Source: Blepharisma stoltei ATCC 30299 (lineage: Eukaryota > Protista > Ciliophora). From it: a stretch of DNA of 64,000 bases. Shown one piece after another: positions 25,633 through 38,757 of this stretch. The stretch covers positions 186,001 through 250,000 of the forward strand of contig CBFDEM010000034.1 in the NCBI GenBank assembly GCA_965603825.1. Reading direction: 5' to 3'. A program made the position numbers and the translations under genes. A model generated the notes under the pieces. The model ran no database searches. It saw nothing but the letters and a program-made list of their open reading frames with translations, and was not told the origin of the DNA. Within the stretch, counting starts at the first letter, position 1; each line of letters starts with the position of its first letter.

Positions 25633-28600
25633 AATTTCAGAAAATGTTTGGCTTCATCTGAAACTGTGTCGCAAAGGATAAAGTTTGCGATCTTTCAAAC
25701 ATTTATTGACATTTACAACCGTAAAGATCATTATCAGCCAAATTCCAGATCAGCAAAGCCCTTAATTGGGATTTTAAATGCACTCGTGACCCTCCAAATG
25801 ATGACCCAGCTGTGATATCCAACAATAAACATATCAAATTGGGAGGCTTATTCACCATTTTGAAATGCAATTGGTTTTTCGAGTATAGACTTCATTTGCG
25901 CTAGTGTTAATAACGGCCTCTCCTTTTGTTTTTACGGTAGTATAGTTTTTGTCTTCTCAATGACCATAAGTCTAATAGCTTTGACATTTTTCTGCTATAT
26001 CAAGAAAAAAATTCATCCAACTTTTATTTCTATTCCAAGAAAAATTATTCTAATTTCAACAAATATTGGTCATATCCCTATAATGATGATACTAATACTG
26101 TGAGTTAAATTTTCGACTAATCAAGACAGCATATCAGATAATTACCCTTATGCAGCAAAATCTTCAGGGTCTTTGAACTTTAAAGAATCTCTGCAGGGAT
26201 TGGGAATTTCCTCTATTATAATTTTTAATTTAATTTTAATAGCAGGTGAAATTTTTTCTACTGAAACAAGACATAGCAATTTTGAAAAAAATATTGTAGC
26301 AAGAACCAAATCATTTCCTGACGTTTTAGGATGCATTTGTAACAGTGTTTTTGTTTGTATTTTCACATTTATTGAGAAAAAATTCTGGATCTACGGACTT
26401 TACTTATTTGCGATTATATATTTTATAATTGGATTAATGTTTTATATAGAGCTTCCTTATTACAATTCTATATCAAATTATATCAAAGTTGCAAGATATT
26501 TTATGTGCTCATTTACAGCTTGTTCTTTTATTCTTGGGATGTATATGAACAATGCCCAAGTTATTTTCCTGATGGCTCTTGTAATAAATCCTTTACTTAC
26601 CCTTATTAGCCTTTATTTTTTAAATAGAAGAATCAGCAATCTCATAATAAAAGTCCCAAGAAATCAATTTTCTTTTGAGTTGAAAATTCGAAATCAACTA
26701 ATAACTCCCAATTTTGAAAATAAACAGGAAATCATCAAAAAATTTTCTGCATGCTTTTCCGACAAAAATTTTAAGCTTGGCAAGCTGCTTGGCATATGGG
26801 AAGCTTATTATTGTGCAGATGTCCTCAAAGATGTAAGACTTGCAACAATAAAACTGGCGCGAGTTCATGAAATAAATTCAAATATTGAAGAATTTTATCA
26901 AGAATTTATTTGCAGGAAAAATTTGAAGGTTGAAGGTTTTATCATGTATGAAGATACTGCTTTTTTGAAATATCTGAAAAATATGAATAAAGCAAAAAAT
27001 GATGATAAAGAGATGCTTTTTGACATATTAAATTTTTCAGATGAAATTAGTTTAAGAATGCCTAATGTTGACAGAATTCAAGAATATTCAAAAGCAATTT
27101 CGTATAAGATGAAATTTTTGAAAAAAAAATATTCAAAACTTGTATTAAGCTTTCCTAACATGATAATATCAAGAAGGTTATATGGATCATTTTTAAGAGA
27201 CATTATGAGTGAAAAAGATCATAATTATTTGATGTTTATTAATAATGGTACCGCTCAGCAGTCTCCTGTAAAACTCAATGATATAAGTAAAATAAATACT
27301 TTTGATGAGATGCATGGGATTCTATGGACATCTGCAGAGAAAACTAGCTTTGGGGATATAATTTATGTAAATGAGATTTTTGCACAGATACTTGGATATC
27401 AAATGAGTGATCTTTTAGATTCCTCACTTAACGCACTAATACCATTTCCCTTTTTAGAATCTCATAATAGAGTGATGAAGAAATATATTGAGTCTTGCAT
27501 AGATCTGGAAGTTAAAGTGCCAACATCCCTTTTTATGAAAAATAAAGCAGACCTTCTTGTTGAGTGCACAATTAGAAGCCGCTTTATAGCATTAGGCAGT
27601 TATCGTTTTTTTTTATCCTCTATTAGCCAAATTGATACATCAAGAGAATGTGCACTTTTAGCAGAAGATTACACTATCTATAATTATACTAGCAATTTTA
27701 TATCATGGCTTAATACTCCACATGAGAGCATTAAAAATTGTAATATAACTGAATATATTCCTGAATATGGAAAAATTGCAAAAACTCCTTTCGTGCCATA
27801 TATAGTAACGATTCATGGTAAAAAAGTAGCAATTGTTCATGAAGTAAGAAAGTTTACAACTCTAAACATGAATATTGCTCTTATAATTTCAGATGCTGAA
27901 GAAATTTCTGTATGGACTCAAGGTGTTCATGAGGATCAAACTGTTTACCATTGTGGTGGGGAAAGAACAAATAGCAAATTAACTGAAGCTTTATCAACTG
28001 AAATATATGGGAAAAAAGACATTGAAGAAGAATTAAAAGCAGCTTCTGAGCTTACATCAAAATCAGCTAATAAATACAAAAGTAAATTATCAGATATAGA
28101 AGAAAGATCAGCTGGGGCTAGCAGTACGCTATCAAAATTTTTTAGAAATTTAAAAGCTGGAAGCCAGCACAATCTAATTAATCAGTCAATTCTGGCAATA
28201 AAAATTTTTGGGTGGGTGGTATTCTGAACTGTAAAATATATTTAGATAGTAGCAATTATAATTGCAAGTACGGTCCAACTTATCTACTCATCTCAAGAAA
28301 TTTATGCAGCTTCTTCCATAAATACAATCAGTGATTTAGGACAAGTACTTTACACCCTTGCGAATATTGCTATAAATGCAAGATTAAGTGATTGGTCAAT
28401 GAGAGTTAAATCAAGTAATATTGATTATAACTTGAGAATTGTTAGTGATAGCTTGGATCAGCTAAAAGATGCAGAGTCAAGCCTACTTGAAAATAGTGGC
28501 GACTGAGCATACTGCTCAAGCACCAATTTGATAAATATTCAGGTCATTCCCACATGAATCTATATTAATAACGACACAATGGTTCTTTCGAAAGTTAACC

Positions 28601-29770
28601 TTATTGATGGAATTCAAGAATTTGTTAAACATGTAATTTTTAACATAGGGAGTCCATTATTTATCAGTTGCATATGATTTAGATGCTCATTTAGGAGATT
28701 TGTACTTTTTGGTTAGTAATGGGATTGGAGGTTTTTATGGTTATCTCAATCAAACTTTTGATTCTCTTGTAGATTGTGAAATCCAAAAAGTGAACGCTTT
28801 AAACCAAAATATTTATATTTTATATGCTTTTGATATGATGGTATTGATAATTGGGTTGATTGTTCTCACATTCTTTGGCATAAGATTAAATAAAATGCAA
28901 AATAAGCTATGAACATTTTTAATTGAGCTTTCCCAATTAGTTGTCCAAAATATTAGAGAAAACTGCATCAATAGGCTATATGAAGTTCATGGATATGATG
29001 CAATGCAAATAAAGCCAGAAATAGTATTCAAAAAAGGAATTCGCATAAAGGCCAACTATATTTGGTCTGTCTTGTGAAGAATATCAATCATATTTATCTG
29101 TGCTTTGGTGTTTGAAGCAGTCAGAACATTTGTCTTATATGAAAACTGTCAGCAGTTATTGATAAAGAGATCAGATTTCCTAAAAATTGCTACTCTTAGA
29201 AGAAATTACATGGTTGAGCTTAATATGTGGTTTAGGGAAGCCAACGGTGTAGCAAGAAATCTGACTTGATACCAATTTTTTCCTGAATCTTATCTCTTTG
29301 AAAATTGGCACAGCGAGTTTTATTCACTTATGGATAAGATAAAATATGTCAACAACTTGTATCATTCATCTGAATACATGGAGCTTTTATCAGAAAACAC
29401 AACAAATGAGATATATTCTAATTCCACTTATCCTGGCTTTCCTTTTTTAGACTATGGGACTTATGCCTCCTACAATTTAGCACTTCAAGATGTGTACCAA
29501 TCTGCATTTGCTGCATATAGTACAAGATATGCATATAATTTCACAACATTTACAGTGGCTAATGAGAATGCTGTTATAAATAAAATTAATCAAGATACAA
29601 AAGAAAAGGTCACTTCTCAAGTCAACTTCATTTTTTATTTATCTTTGCTCTATATGATTTTATCTTTTGTGGCATGCTTTGCGTATTATATTCCCTATCT
29701 GAGGAATGAAATTAAAAAATTGAGAGAGCTTCAAGATCTGATTTATCTTCTAGAAGCACCGCTGGTTTAG
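25633..29770 (+). CDS. Large multi-TM PAS-domain protein (TmcB-like), paralog of 17706-21845; start codon uncertain
   Basis: Colinear with the paralog from NFRKCL (25633). First in-frame ATG is 25798. Introns 28231-28245 (15 nt) and 28633-28648 (16 nt); TAG ends at 29770. Confidence 0.78.
28231..28245 (+). other. 15-nt intron GTAAAATATATTTAG
   Basis: In-frame TAG; homologous to intron 20307. Confidence 0.9.
28633..28648 (+). other. 16-nt intron GTAATTTTTAACATAG
   Basis: Explains the frame change between ORFs 26173 and 28700; homologous to 15-nt intron 20709. Confidence 0.9.
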
Positions 29771-30065
29771 CTTTAAAAAATTTAATCTCAAGATTAAATC
29801 ATATAAAAAATTTATTATGTTTTTCATTTTATCATGCTTATAAGTCTTTATATTTTTAATTAATTTAGTCAAGGGTTATAGTTTTTATTAAATCTATATA
29901 GAGGATCATTATGGTTTATATAAATATTTAATTTAGTTAAGTCATCTGAGTAATCAAAAATAATAAATTTCGAAAAGACAGTTAAAATAAAAAACTAATT
30001 GGGTGTTAAAAAGTTTAATAAAAAAAGACTATTATAAATATAATAATATTTGCAAAAATTAAATT

Positions 30066-32225
30066 ATGGAGAGGCTATATTATCAATGGTGGGATGAAGA
30101 AGTCAATGAAAAATATCAAGTAATCAAGAGGTTTTCTTACCTCTTATGAGTGATAGCAGTTTTTTTTACAATTCTATGCTTACTTTTGAGGTCTGATACG
30201 TATATGATTATTAAATTTTCCATGCCATGGATTTTGGTACACTCAGGGCAATGCTATTTGATATGTTATTTGGATAAAAAAAGCTATTTAGCAAAGTCTA
30301 TTTTTTCTATTTTATTCGCTGAAGGCAATTGTGCCTGCTTATGGATACAAGGCAATGTTTTATGGAAAGAAGTTAACATATTAGGCCAAATGCTTGCTTT
30401 TGTATATATTAATAGCTTTGAGCTCCCTTTTATTCAAGCATGGTACAATAAAACCTTTGTTATTGCGAAGCATATATTGGTATGAAATCATTTCAAATAT
30501 TTCACAGGAGAATACGAATGATTTCAATTAGGATTTTTTGCCCATTTATTAGCTTTTCTAATTCTTTTTTTATACAACTTAGACTCATCCTTTCTAAAAG
30601 AAAAATCATATGAGAGATTTATTGCGCATCATAAACTTCACTGTATGCAATCAAGAATGAGCTTGATTTTCAATTTATTCCCAGATGGAATTGTAATTTT
30701 GTCCTATGAAAACGATATTCTATATTCAAATCAAAATTTAAAGAGGCTTTTAAAGTGTCGGGACTCAGAAGAAATCATAAATTTATTGTCAAATATTGAA
30801 TATTGTGATGGGAAAAAATATGCAAATTTATCAAATTCAAATAAAATTTTAGATGATATAGGGAATGTCCAGCATTTGAATTTAAATCAAGAAATTATGC
30901 TTGGGCTGGCAAAAGTGGATGAATATAATTTGGAATGGAAAGCCCAAAAAGTGATATGAGAAGAAACAGAAGCAGTCTTATTGACTGTAAGAGATGTAAA
31001 CAATCTAATTCAATTAGAGCAAACGACAGCGGATAACAAATTAAAAAACGTGTTATTAAGGTCAGTTTCTCATGAACTCAGAACTCCAATAAATTCAATA
31101 AGCTTTTTTGCTGAAGAAGTTTCGCGTGAGAGTTGTATTGCAAATAACAAAAGCCTTATGCAGAAATTGAAGGTGATTTCTGTGTCATCAAATCTTTTAT
31201 TATCTTTAGTTAACGATTTACTAGATTACTCACGAATGGTTGCTGGAGTTTTCTCAACACAAAGGTCAAAATTTGAATTATTTAGCACTATTGAAAGTTG
31301 TATTCAGCTTATAAAAATCCAAGCTGAGAAAAAGGGCATTAGAGTTATCACAAGACTAGATCCTCAATTGCCAGCTTATGCATTTTCTGACCAACTTAGG
31401 CTAAGCCAAGTTTTGTTGAATCTTCTTAGCAATGCTTTAAAGTTTACACTTAAAGGTCAAATAGATATTGCGTGCTTTTTAGATATCCATCATAAACTAA
31501 AAATTAGCGTAAAAGACACAGGGATTGGAATTAAAAAGCACAAATTAAAAGGACTGTTTAAAGAATTCAATACAGAAATAAGCCAAAATATTAATCCTCA
31601 AGGCTGTGGATTAGGTCTTTTTATTGCAAACAGAATTGCAAAAGAGCTAGGAGGAGAAAGTATTAAAGTCAAATCAAAAACAAATAAAGGTTCAAAGTTT
31701 GATTTTTCAGTTTATATTGCAGAAAATATGTCTGATTACGAACCAATTTATGAAGAAGTTAATCCTTCTCTTTGTGAAAATAAAAGGCCTTATGCTTCAA
31801 TCAGAAATTTTGACTATTTGATTGAAAGCAAAAAAAGAGCAGAAATTTTGATAGCTGATGATAATGATCTTAATCGTATTATTTTAGGAACATCATTGGC
31901 AGCATATAATATTATTTATGATGAAGCGTGCTCAGGAAAAGAAGCTGTTAGGCTTACTTTTGAAAGCGATAGAAGAAGTAAGCCATATAAGCTTATTATT
32001 ATGGATGGGTCGATGCCTGAGTTGAATGGCTGAGAAGCATCAAAGATGATACTGGATTCTTATTTTCAAGGCGAAATCAAGTCATTGCCAGCTATTCTGG
32101 GCTACACAGCTTTTAATTCTGATGACGAGCTTAAGCTTTGTATAGAGTCTGGGATGAAAGAAGTCATCACAAAGCCATGTAGCTCAGAGTTGTTAATTCG
32201 AACAGTTTTCAAGTACCTTTCCTAA
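30066..32225 (+). CDS. Hybrid histidine kinase HK-E (719 aa)
   Basis: MERLYYQWWDEE…, PAS FPDGIVIL, SHELRTP, NALKFT, DTGIG, GCGLGL; receiver IADD…IMDGSMP…KP; TAA 32223. Confidence 0.92.
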
Positions 32226-32439
32226 GCTCATTTGAATCAAGAAGTGAAATTATATTTTTATTGATAATAATTATAAATCTTGTGGTTAATTTTTATTAAA
32301 AATTCAATATTTTCTTAATGAGGTGCTTTAATACAGTTTTAATGAGAAAAAAATTCTATAAAAATTCAAGTAATTATTATGGTATTTTTAAATTCATCAA
32401 AGCATAATTAATTTCTTGATAATATAATGGAAAATTATA

Positions 32440-34041
32440 ATGGGAAATCAAGCGAGTTATTGCTGCTTTTCTTCAAGGCAAGCCTTAAAATCTCCTGAAA
32501 ATCAAAATTTAAACAAACCATCAAATGAAGCCTTGAAGATTCTAAAAACAGCGAAAATTACAGAAAATCAAAAAATCTCAAAATCAAATCAAAGCTCACC
32601 TAGAAAAAAACCCAAAAAACAAAAGCTAAATGATTCATCTAATTGAGAAGAAAAACCAATTTTAGCTTCCAAAAGTGAAATTATTGAAAAAACAAAACTG
32701 AAAGATCGAAAAGAGATATTTCATGACAGTAATAAAGACATCAAAGGCCCATATCACAGTCCTCAGTTCTCTATAAACGATAAATCGTTTTCTAAAAAAT
32801 TTCCTAAAACAATTGGTAATGCTTCTCCTATTGCAAACTTAGCATCAAAAAGTTTAATAGTCATTCCAGAAGAGAAAAATGAATCCGAATCTATGCATGA
32901 TACTCTTCATGAGCAAAAATCAGCAGTATCTATTAATGAAAGCAACATCCAAGGACTTCCAACCCAGCAAATATCAAACAATTCAATAATTTTTAGTAAA
33001 GAAGATGCTTTAAGAGACAAAAAATCAGAAAATCTCATATTGGTTGAGGCTCCAAAATATCAAATTGACGATGTTTTGCAGTTAGACCAAAAGCTGCAAC
33101 GTGAGATTTCTTGGCTGTTTTTACAATTTAAAACAAAAGATGAAGTTTTAGAGGAAGAAGTCGATGGCTATTTACCTATAAAAAAGGAAAATCGATATGG
33201 AATAAAGCAAAAACGATGACTTTTATTTTCAACAGAAGCATTATACATAGTAACTCCTAATAACTTCAAATCTCTCAGACGTAGGATTCTTTTATCGACA
33301 ATTGATAAAATATACCAGCAATCAGGCAATCAGAGTTTTGCACTTCATATAAAAGAAGAGGAAGGCAGCGAATGCCTGAGAATCTTGACACCGAGAACTC
33401 TTGATGCAATTAATGCAATTAAGACACTTTATTATTTAAAAACTGAAGAATTTCTTGAAATTAAGCTTGTAAATAGCGAAAAGGAGATGCTTGAAATTAC
33501 CAAAAAAGAAGACTCTGAAGGCCAAGAAATGAAAAACAATTTGATTTTTGGAAAAATTAAAGCAGTGCATGGGATCCCAGGGGAACAAATGGTGAACTTA
33601 AGAAAAGTTTATGAAGTAATTAAGCCTGGCTCAAAGCAGATGATAATTTTGATAACTGCAAGTAAGACCATTTATATTGCCAACCCGAAAGGAATATTAT
33701 ACAATTATGTAACTTTAAGCCAAATAAAAGAAATTCACACTTTAGCTAATTTGTCAGAGTTTCTGCTGAAAACTGATGAAGGGGATATTTGGATACAAGA
33801 CAATGAAACGCCGTTTATTGTCAGGGAAATCAGTGATGTTATTGAGCACGAGATGGGGTATGGGATTCTTGTTAAGCAGATTGAGCATGATGAAATCGCA
33901 TTTAAACGAATTCCTAAGATTTCAAAAGGCAAGCAGAGGCCAGACTTGGAAATTATTGAAGGATCAGAAAGTGGAGTACGAGGTAGAGACAGAAGAGGAG
34001 GGGGTGCAATGATTGACTATACAGATCTTTTTAACTTTTAA
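32440..34041 (+). CDS. N-myristoylated/palmitoylated protein with myosin-TH1-like PH-fold region(s) (533 aa)
   Basis: MGNQASYCC N-terminus; reads through TGA 32644 and 33217. KENRYGIKQKRWLLFSTEALYIV…RRRILLSTIDKI…FALHI resembles the TH1/PH pattern. Confidence 0.6.
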
Positions 34042-34190
34042 TTGTCATAGTAAAGTAATTAAAAAAAACTTGATGCAATTTAAATTAGCTATTTTAATGA
34101 ACGACTTGGATTGATGGAAATGGCTTTTGTAGGAAGTTGCTTTTATAATTATAAAGCAATTTGAATTATTAAAGATTCGTAATTAATAAT

Positions 34191-36620
34191 ATGAAGTTTG
34201 ATATTAAAGAGAATGCAGATGAATGAAGGCAAACTCAGCCACAAAGGAGTGAAAACCCAATAGTAAGCACCGAGCAAGATTTTTTTAGATGCCAAAACTA
34301 TATTAGAAACATATCAGTTTATATGACAATACCAAATTACAGAAAATCTTCTTTAAATTGATACAAAAATTGATTATTATTGCAAAAAGAAGATTTATCC
34401 TTACATAATAGCTCAGATCGCTCAACACTTTCGCATTTTTATTATTTAAAGGATAAGAGCATTAAATTCAGCCATGATCAGTTAAATAACTTTCTTGCAC
34501 AAAAAATTTCTACCGATTTAGCATCTTGAACGAAGCTCGATGAATTTATGATTAGCTACCTCAATAAGCTCAATTTATCTAAAAATCGCAAAATTTTATC
34601 AAAACTAAAACCTTACATAACAATTGAAACGAAATCAAAATTATTTAATATTGTGCTCATGACAAAAGATACGATTAGCAATAATTTTCTTTCAAGCAAT
34701 TTATTGACTATTTTAAATTATGTGGATTTCCAGTTTATCGAGAAAGATATGAGAGGAATTAAAATTTCTGGTGCAGATTTGTCAGGATCTTTAATTATAA
34801 ATTCAAAATTTGATGGCTGCAGTTTTGAAGGAGTAAATCTTGTTCAATCAAATATCTATAATTCAAGCTTTAAAAATTGCAATATGGAATCAGCTGAATT
34901 TGGCCAAATTATTTTTTCTGCTAATAAAATTAATATTTCAAAGTTGTTTTACTCTCCAGATGGAAAAAATATTGCAATTTTAAGCACTGATTCAATGCTA
35001 ACTTTTTGAGATATAGAAACTCAGGTAAAATCAAAATTTATTCAGCTTCCCAGTGTTTCTTATCTTGCATTTTCCAAATCATGGAAAATAATTGGAGTTG
35101 TAAATAATCAGCATATAATTACATTATGAAATTTTGAATCGATGACTATTATTAACTCTGTTCTTCATGGAGATTTAATTAATTCTATAGAATTTTCAAG
35201 ATGTGAAAGATATTTAATTTCTTGTGGCTGCGATAACAAGATAAAAATGTGGGATATTTATGTGGCAGAGCCAATTAAAGTATTTACAGCTCACAGAAGT
35301 AGTGTGGTTGTCGCTAAATTTACTTGCTCAGATACATATTTAATCAGTTGTGGCTATGACAGCTTAATAATCAAATGAGATACAAAATCAGCAAAAATTG
35401 TCTCAACATTAGAAGACGACCAAGAAACTGTTTCGATTCATATTTTAAAAAATGAAAGATATTTAGTATCAGTAAAATATGAAGGTATTTCTATATGAGA
35501 CATAATTGCAAATCATAGAATTATGCGGCTTGAAATTAATGACTATTTTCTTCCAATTGTATTCTCAAGCTGTGAAAAATATATGGCTTATTGTGATAAA
35601 AATTCCAATATAAGGATATGAAGCTTAATAAAGTGGAAAGAAATTAAAGTTTTTAGAAAATTAGGCCATAATATTGACACACTTTGCTTTTCGCCTTGTG
35701 GTAAATATTTGATTTCAGCTGGATCAAATGATAAAATCAGGAGTTTTAATTTAAAGTGTTTAATTCAATCAAAAAATGCTCAATGATATAAAAATTCAAT
35801 ATCAGCGATTCTAATTTCTCCAGACAACAATCATGCTGCTACTTTATGCAAAAATAAAGAATTCACTTTATGGAATATTGAAAAACATGAGCTTGAAGGA
35901 ATAGTTCCAGTTAAAGATATTGCAGCTATTGCTTTTTCTCCATGTGGGCAATTTCTTGCAGCAGCTATTGGCTGAGGCATATCTATATGAGAATTGACAA
36001 AATTGGCCCTAGTAAAGGAAATTACAGGATTTTTTGATACTATTTCTCACATATTTTTTTCTAACAAAGGAAATTCTATTATCATCATGATAAAATATGC
36101 TATAAAGAGTGTAGATATTAACAACCCTGATAATTGAAAGATATTTGCTGAATCTTCAAAGTGCAAAGCTCCAATTGTAATTTCTCCTTTTTACAACTAT
36201 ATTGCAGCGTGCCATTCATTAAAAAACCAAATTGCTATATGAAAAGTGGAATCTGGCGTAAAAATGAGACACTTACGTGGAGATAATTCAAAATTATTGT
36301 CATTTTCATTTTCTTTAAATGAAAAGTATATAGCAATGCTTAACCAAGATAGACAAATTTTAATTTGAAAAATTAGCACAGGTGAAATTTTGAGAAAAAT
36401 TAAAACTGAAAATGCACTTTCCTCATTATTATTTATAAGGGGTAAAAATTTTATATTTAGAAACTCTTCTGATGGGATTTTAATAATATTTATCCACAAG
36501 TCATTAAAACAAACTAAAAAACATATTTTTGGGCTTAATTTAGTTGATATTTCAAGATCTCAAAACATTTTTATTACAGCAGACCTTGATAGTTCAGTGA
36601 AAATTTGGAAATTAATATAA
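34191..36620 (+). CDS. Pentapeptide-repeat + WD40-repeat protein (809 aa)
   Basis: Open from ATG 34191 with TGA=W. Pentapeptides ISGADLSGSLIINSKFDGCSFEGVNL; about 12 WD-like repeats (FSPCGKYLISAG, IKMWD); many WD Trp codons are TGA. Confidence 0.85.
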
Positions 36621-38757
36621 CTTTATACATATAAAATTTTTTAAGAGTATTTAAAATTTTATCAGGAGAGCAAGGCTTTGGCAAAAACTCTACCATGCCA
36701 CTCTGGTAGCAGAGCTTAATATCTTCATCTGAGCAATATGCTGAATATCCCACAATATGTGGCAAATACTTAATTTTCCCTTGTCTGTATAACTGATTAA
36801 TATACCGAGAAGCCTCCCACCCATTCATTTCTGGCATTTCGCAATCCATCACAATTAACTTATAAGGTTGATCAGCGTTATCCTTATTCAGCACTTTTTC
36901 AACAGCTTCCTTTCCATTTGAAGCCTCATCATATTTAACATCTCCGCTTGTTAAAATAGAGCTTAATATCTCTAGATTAAATTCTGTATCATCCACAATC
37001 AGAACATCTTTAGGCTCTTCTTTTTTAATATAATTGCTTGGTATTGAAATTGGTAAAATATTTTCGTTATCATTTGACTCAATTTTATCAAGAATTTCGC
37101 TTGGGGAGAAATTCTCGAAAATATCGACTTTAAAATAAAAGACTGACCCTTTCCCGATACTTGACTTGACTTTAATAGACTTATTTCCTAGCTGCCTGCT
37201 CAAGAGATTTGAAATATAAAGGCCAATACCGTTTCCTTTTGGACCTAAATTTGGAACATTGGAGGTTTTCATAAATCTAAACATGTTTTTCATAGCTGAT
37301 TCTTCAATTCCGATTCCTGTGTCTTCAATGTAACACTTCATAGAATTTTTTGATGTGAGGATGCATGTAATTTCGATTTTACCTTCTAATGTATATTTAA
37401 TAGCATTACTAAGCAAGTTCAATAAAATTTGACTAAATCTCAAATGATCTGTATAAATCATATCAGGGAGGCTCGGATCAATTCTATAAGTAACAAACAA
37501 ATTTTTTTTCTCAATTTGAAACTTAAACAACTCACAAACATTTTGTACAATTTCTCTCAAATTACAATAAGTCTTATGAACTGAAAAAACTCCAATCAAA
37601 ATTTGAGAATAATCAAGCAAATCGCTTATAAGTGACAACATTTGTTGTCCTGAAATATAAATCATTTTCAATTTTTTTGCTTCTTCTCCTCTTCATTCTT
37701 TTGCACCTTTAATCAAGTCTTCAGTAAAATGCAGTATAGAGTTAAGAGGAGTTCTAAGCTCATGTGAAACAGACCTCAGCAATAATGTTTTCATTTGGTC
37801 GCAGGCAACTTTTTTCTCAAGCTCTATTAAATGGTTTACATTTCTTACTGTAAGAAATACAGCCTTCAGATTTTCCCATTCTATTTGCATCGCTCTTCAT
37901 TCTAAATTGGATAGCCCAATCTGAGTTATCCCTAGGACTATTTCATTTTGCTCACTGTTGTTTAATAAATAAGAAATATCAACAATTAGCTCGTTTGTGG
38001 GGATAAAATTAGAGACTTTTCTGTTTTCTATATAATGAGCTGATGAAACAGTGTTAAAAAGATTGTCAGGAGTTGTCGCCAGAATTTGAAGAACTCTAGG
38101 GTTATAGAACTGGATTTTAAGGTCTTGTGAAATTATGATAATTCCATCGGAGAATGATTCTTTAATTGTGTTAAGCCTATTTTTAGAAGTTTCAAGCTCA
38201 TTCCTAGATATAAACCTTTCAAAAGAGATTTTTAAGGAATGGGAGTGCAAAACATTGATAAAACAAATAATGATAATCATCAATTGGCAGTAATAGAAAG
38301 AGACATCTTGCTCGTTTCTGATGAATAAATCACTAACAAACCAAATATACATGTACTTCAAAAGAAGGATATTGAAATAGAGCTTATTTCGAACCAGTGC
38401 TAGTTGAAAAAGAAGCACCACGAGGAAAGCTATAGTTTCCAGTAGCTGCTTTTGGTCTTCTTGTATAAATTTCGCCTCATATCTAAATAGAAAATTAAGG
38501 GTTTCTGAGTACAAAAGTAGAACCAAAGCTTTGCATTTGACTGATTTATTAGAAAAATATTTTACAACACCAACTGAGAAGATACTTGCTATAGGAAAAG
38601 TGATAGAGCTTGAGTGAGAAAAATATTCAAAATATCAAAAAAAGCAAAAGAACCTAAATAGGAAGCTCAAGGCAGTGGAAAATACACTGAATCTTTCTAA
38701 TAGCTTATATAGGTTTTCAATTTCTTGTGCCCATCACAATTCTTGGATTTCAGTCAT
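36574..38757 (-). CDS. Hybrid histidine kinase HK-F
   Basis: MTEIQELWWAQEIE…, PAS FSDGIIII, SHELRTP, NAIKYT, DTGIG, GNGIGL; receiver IVDD…VMDCEMP…PKP. An alternative ATG lies at 38808. Confidence 0.9.
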
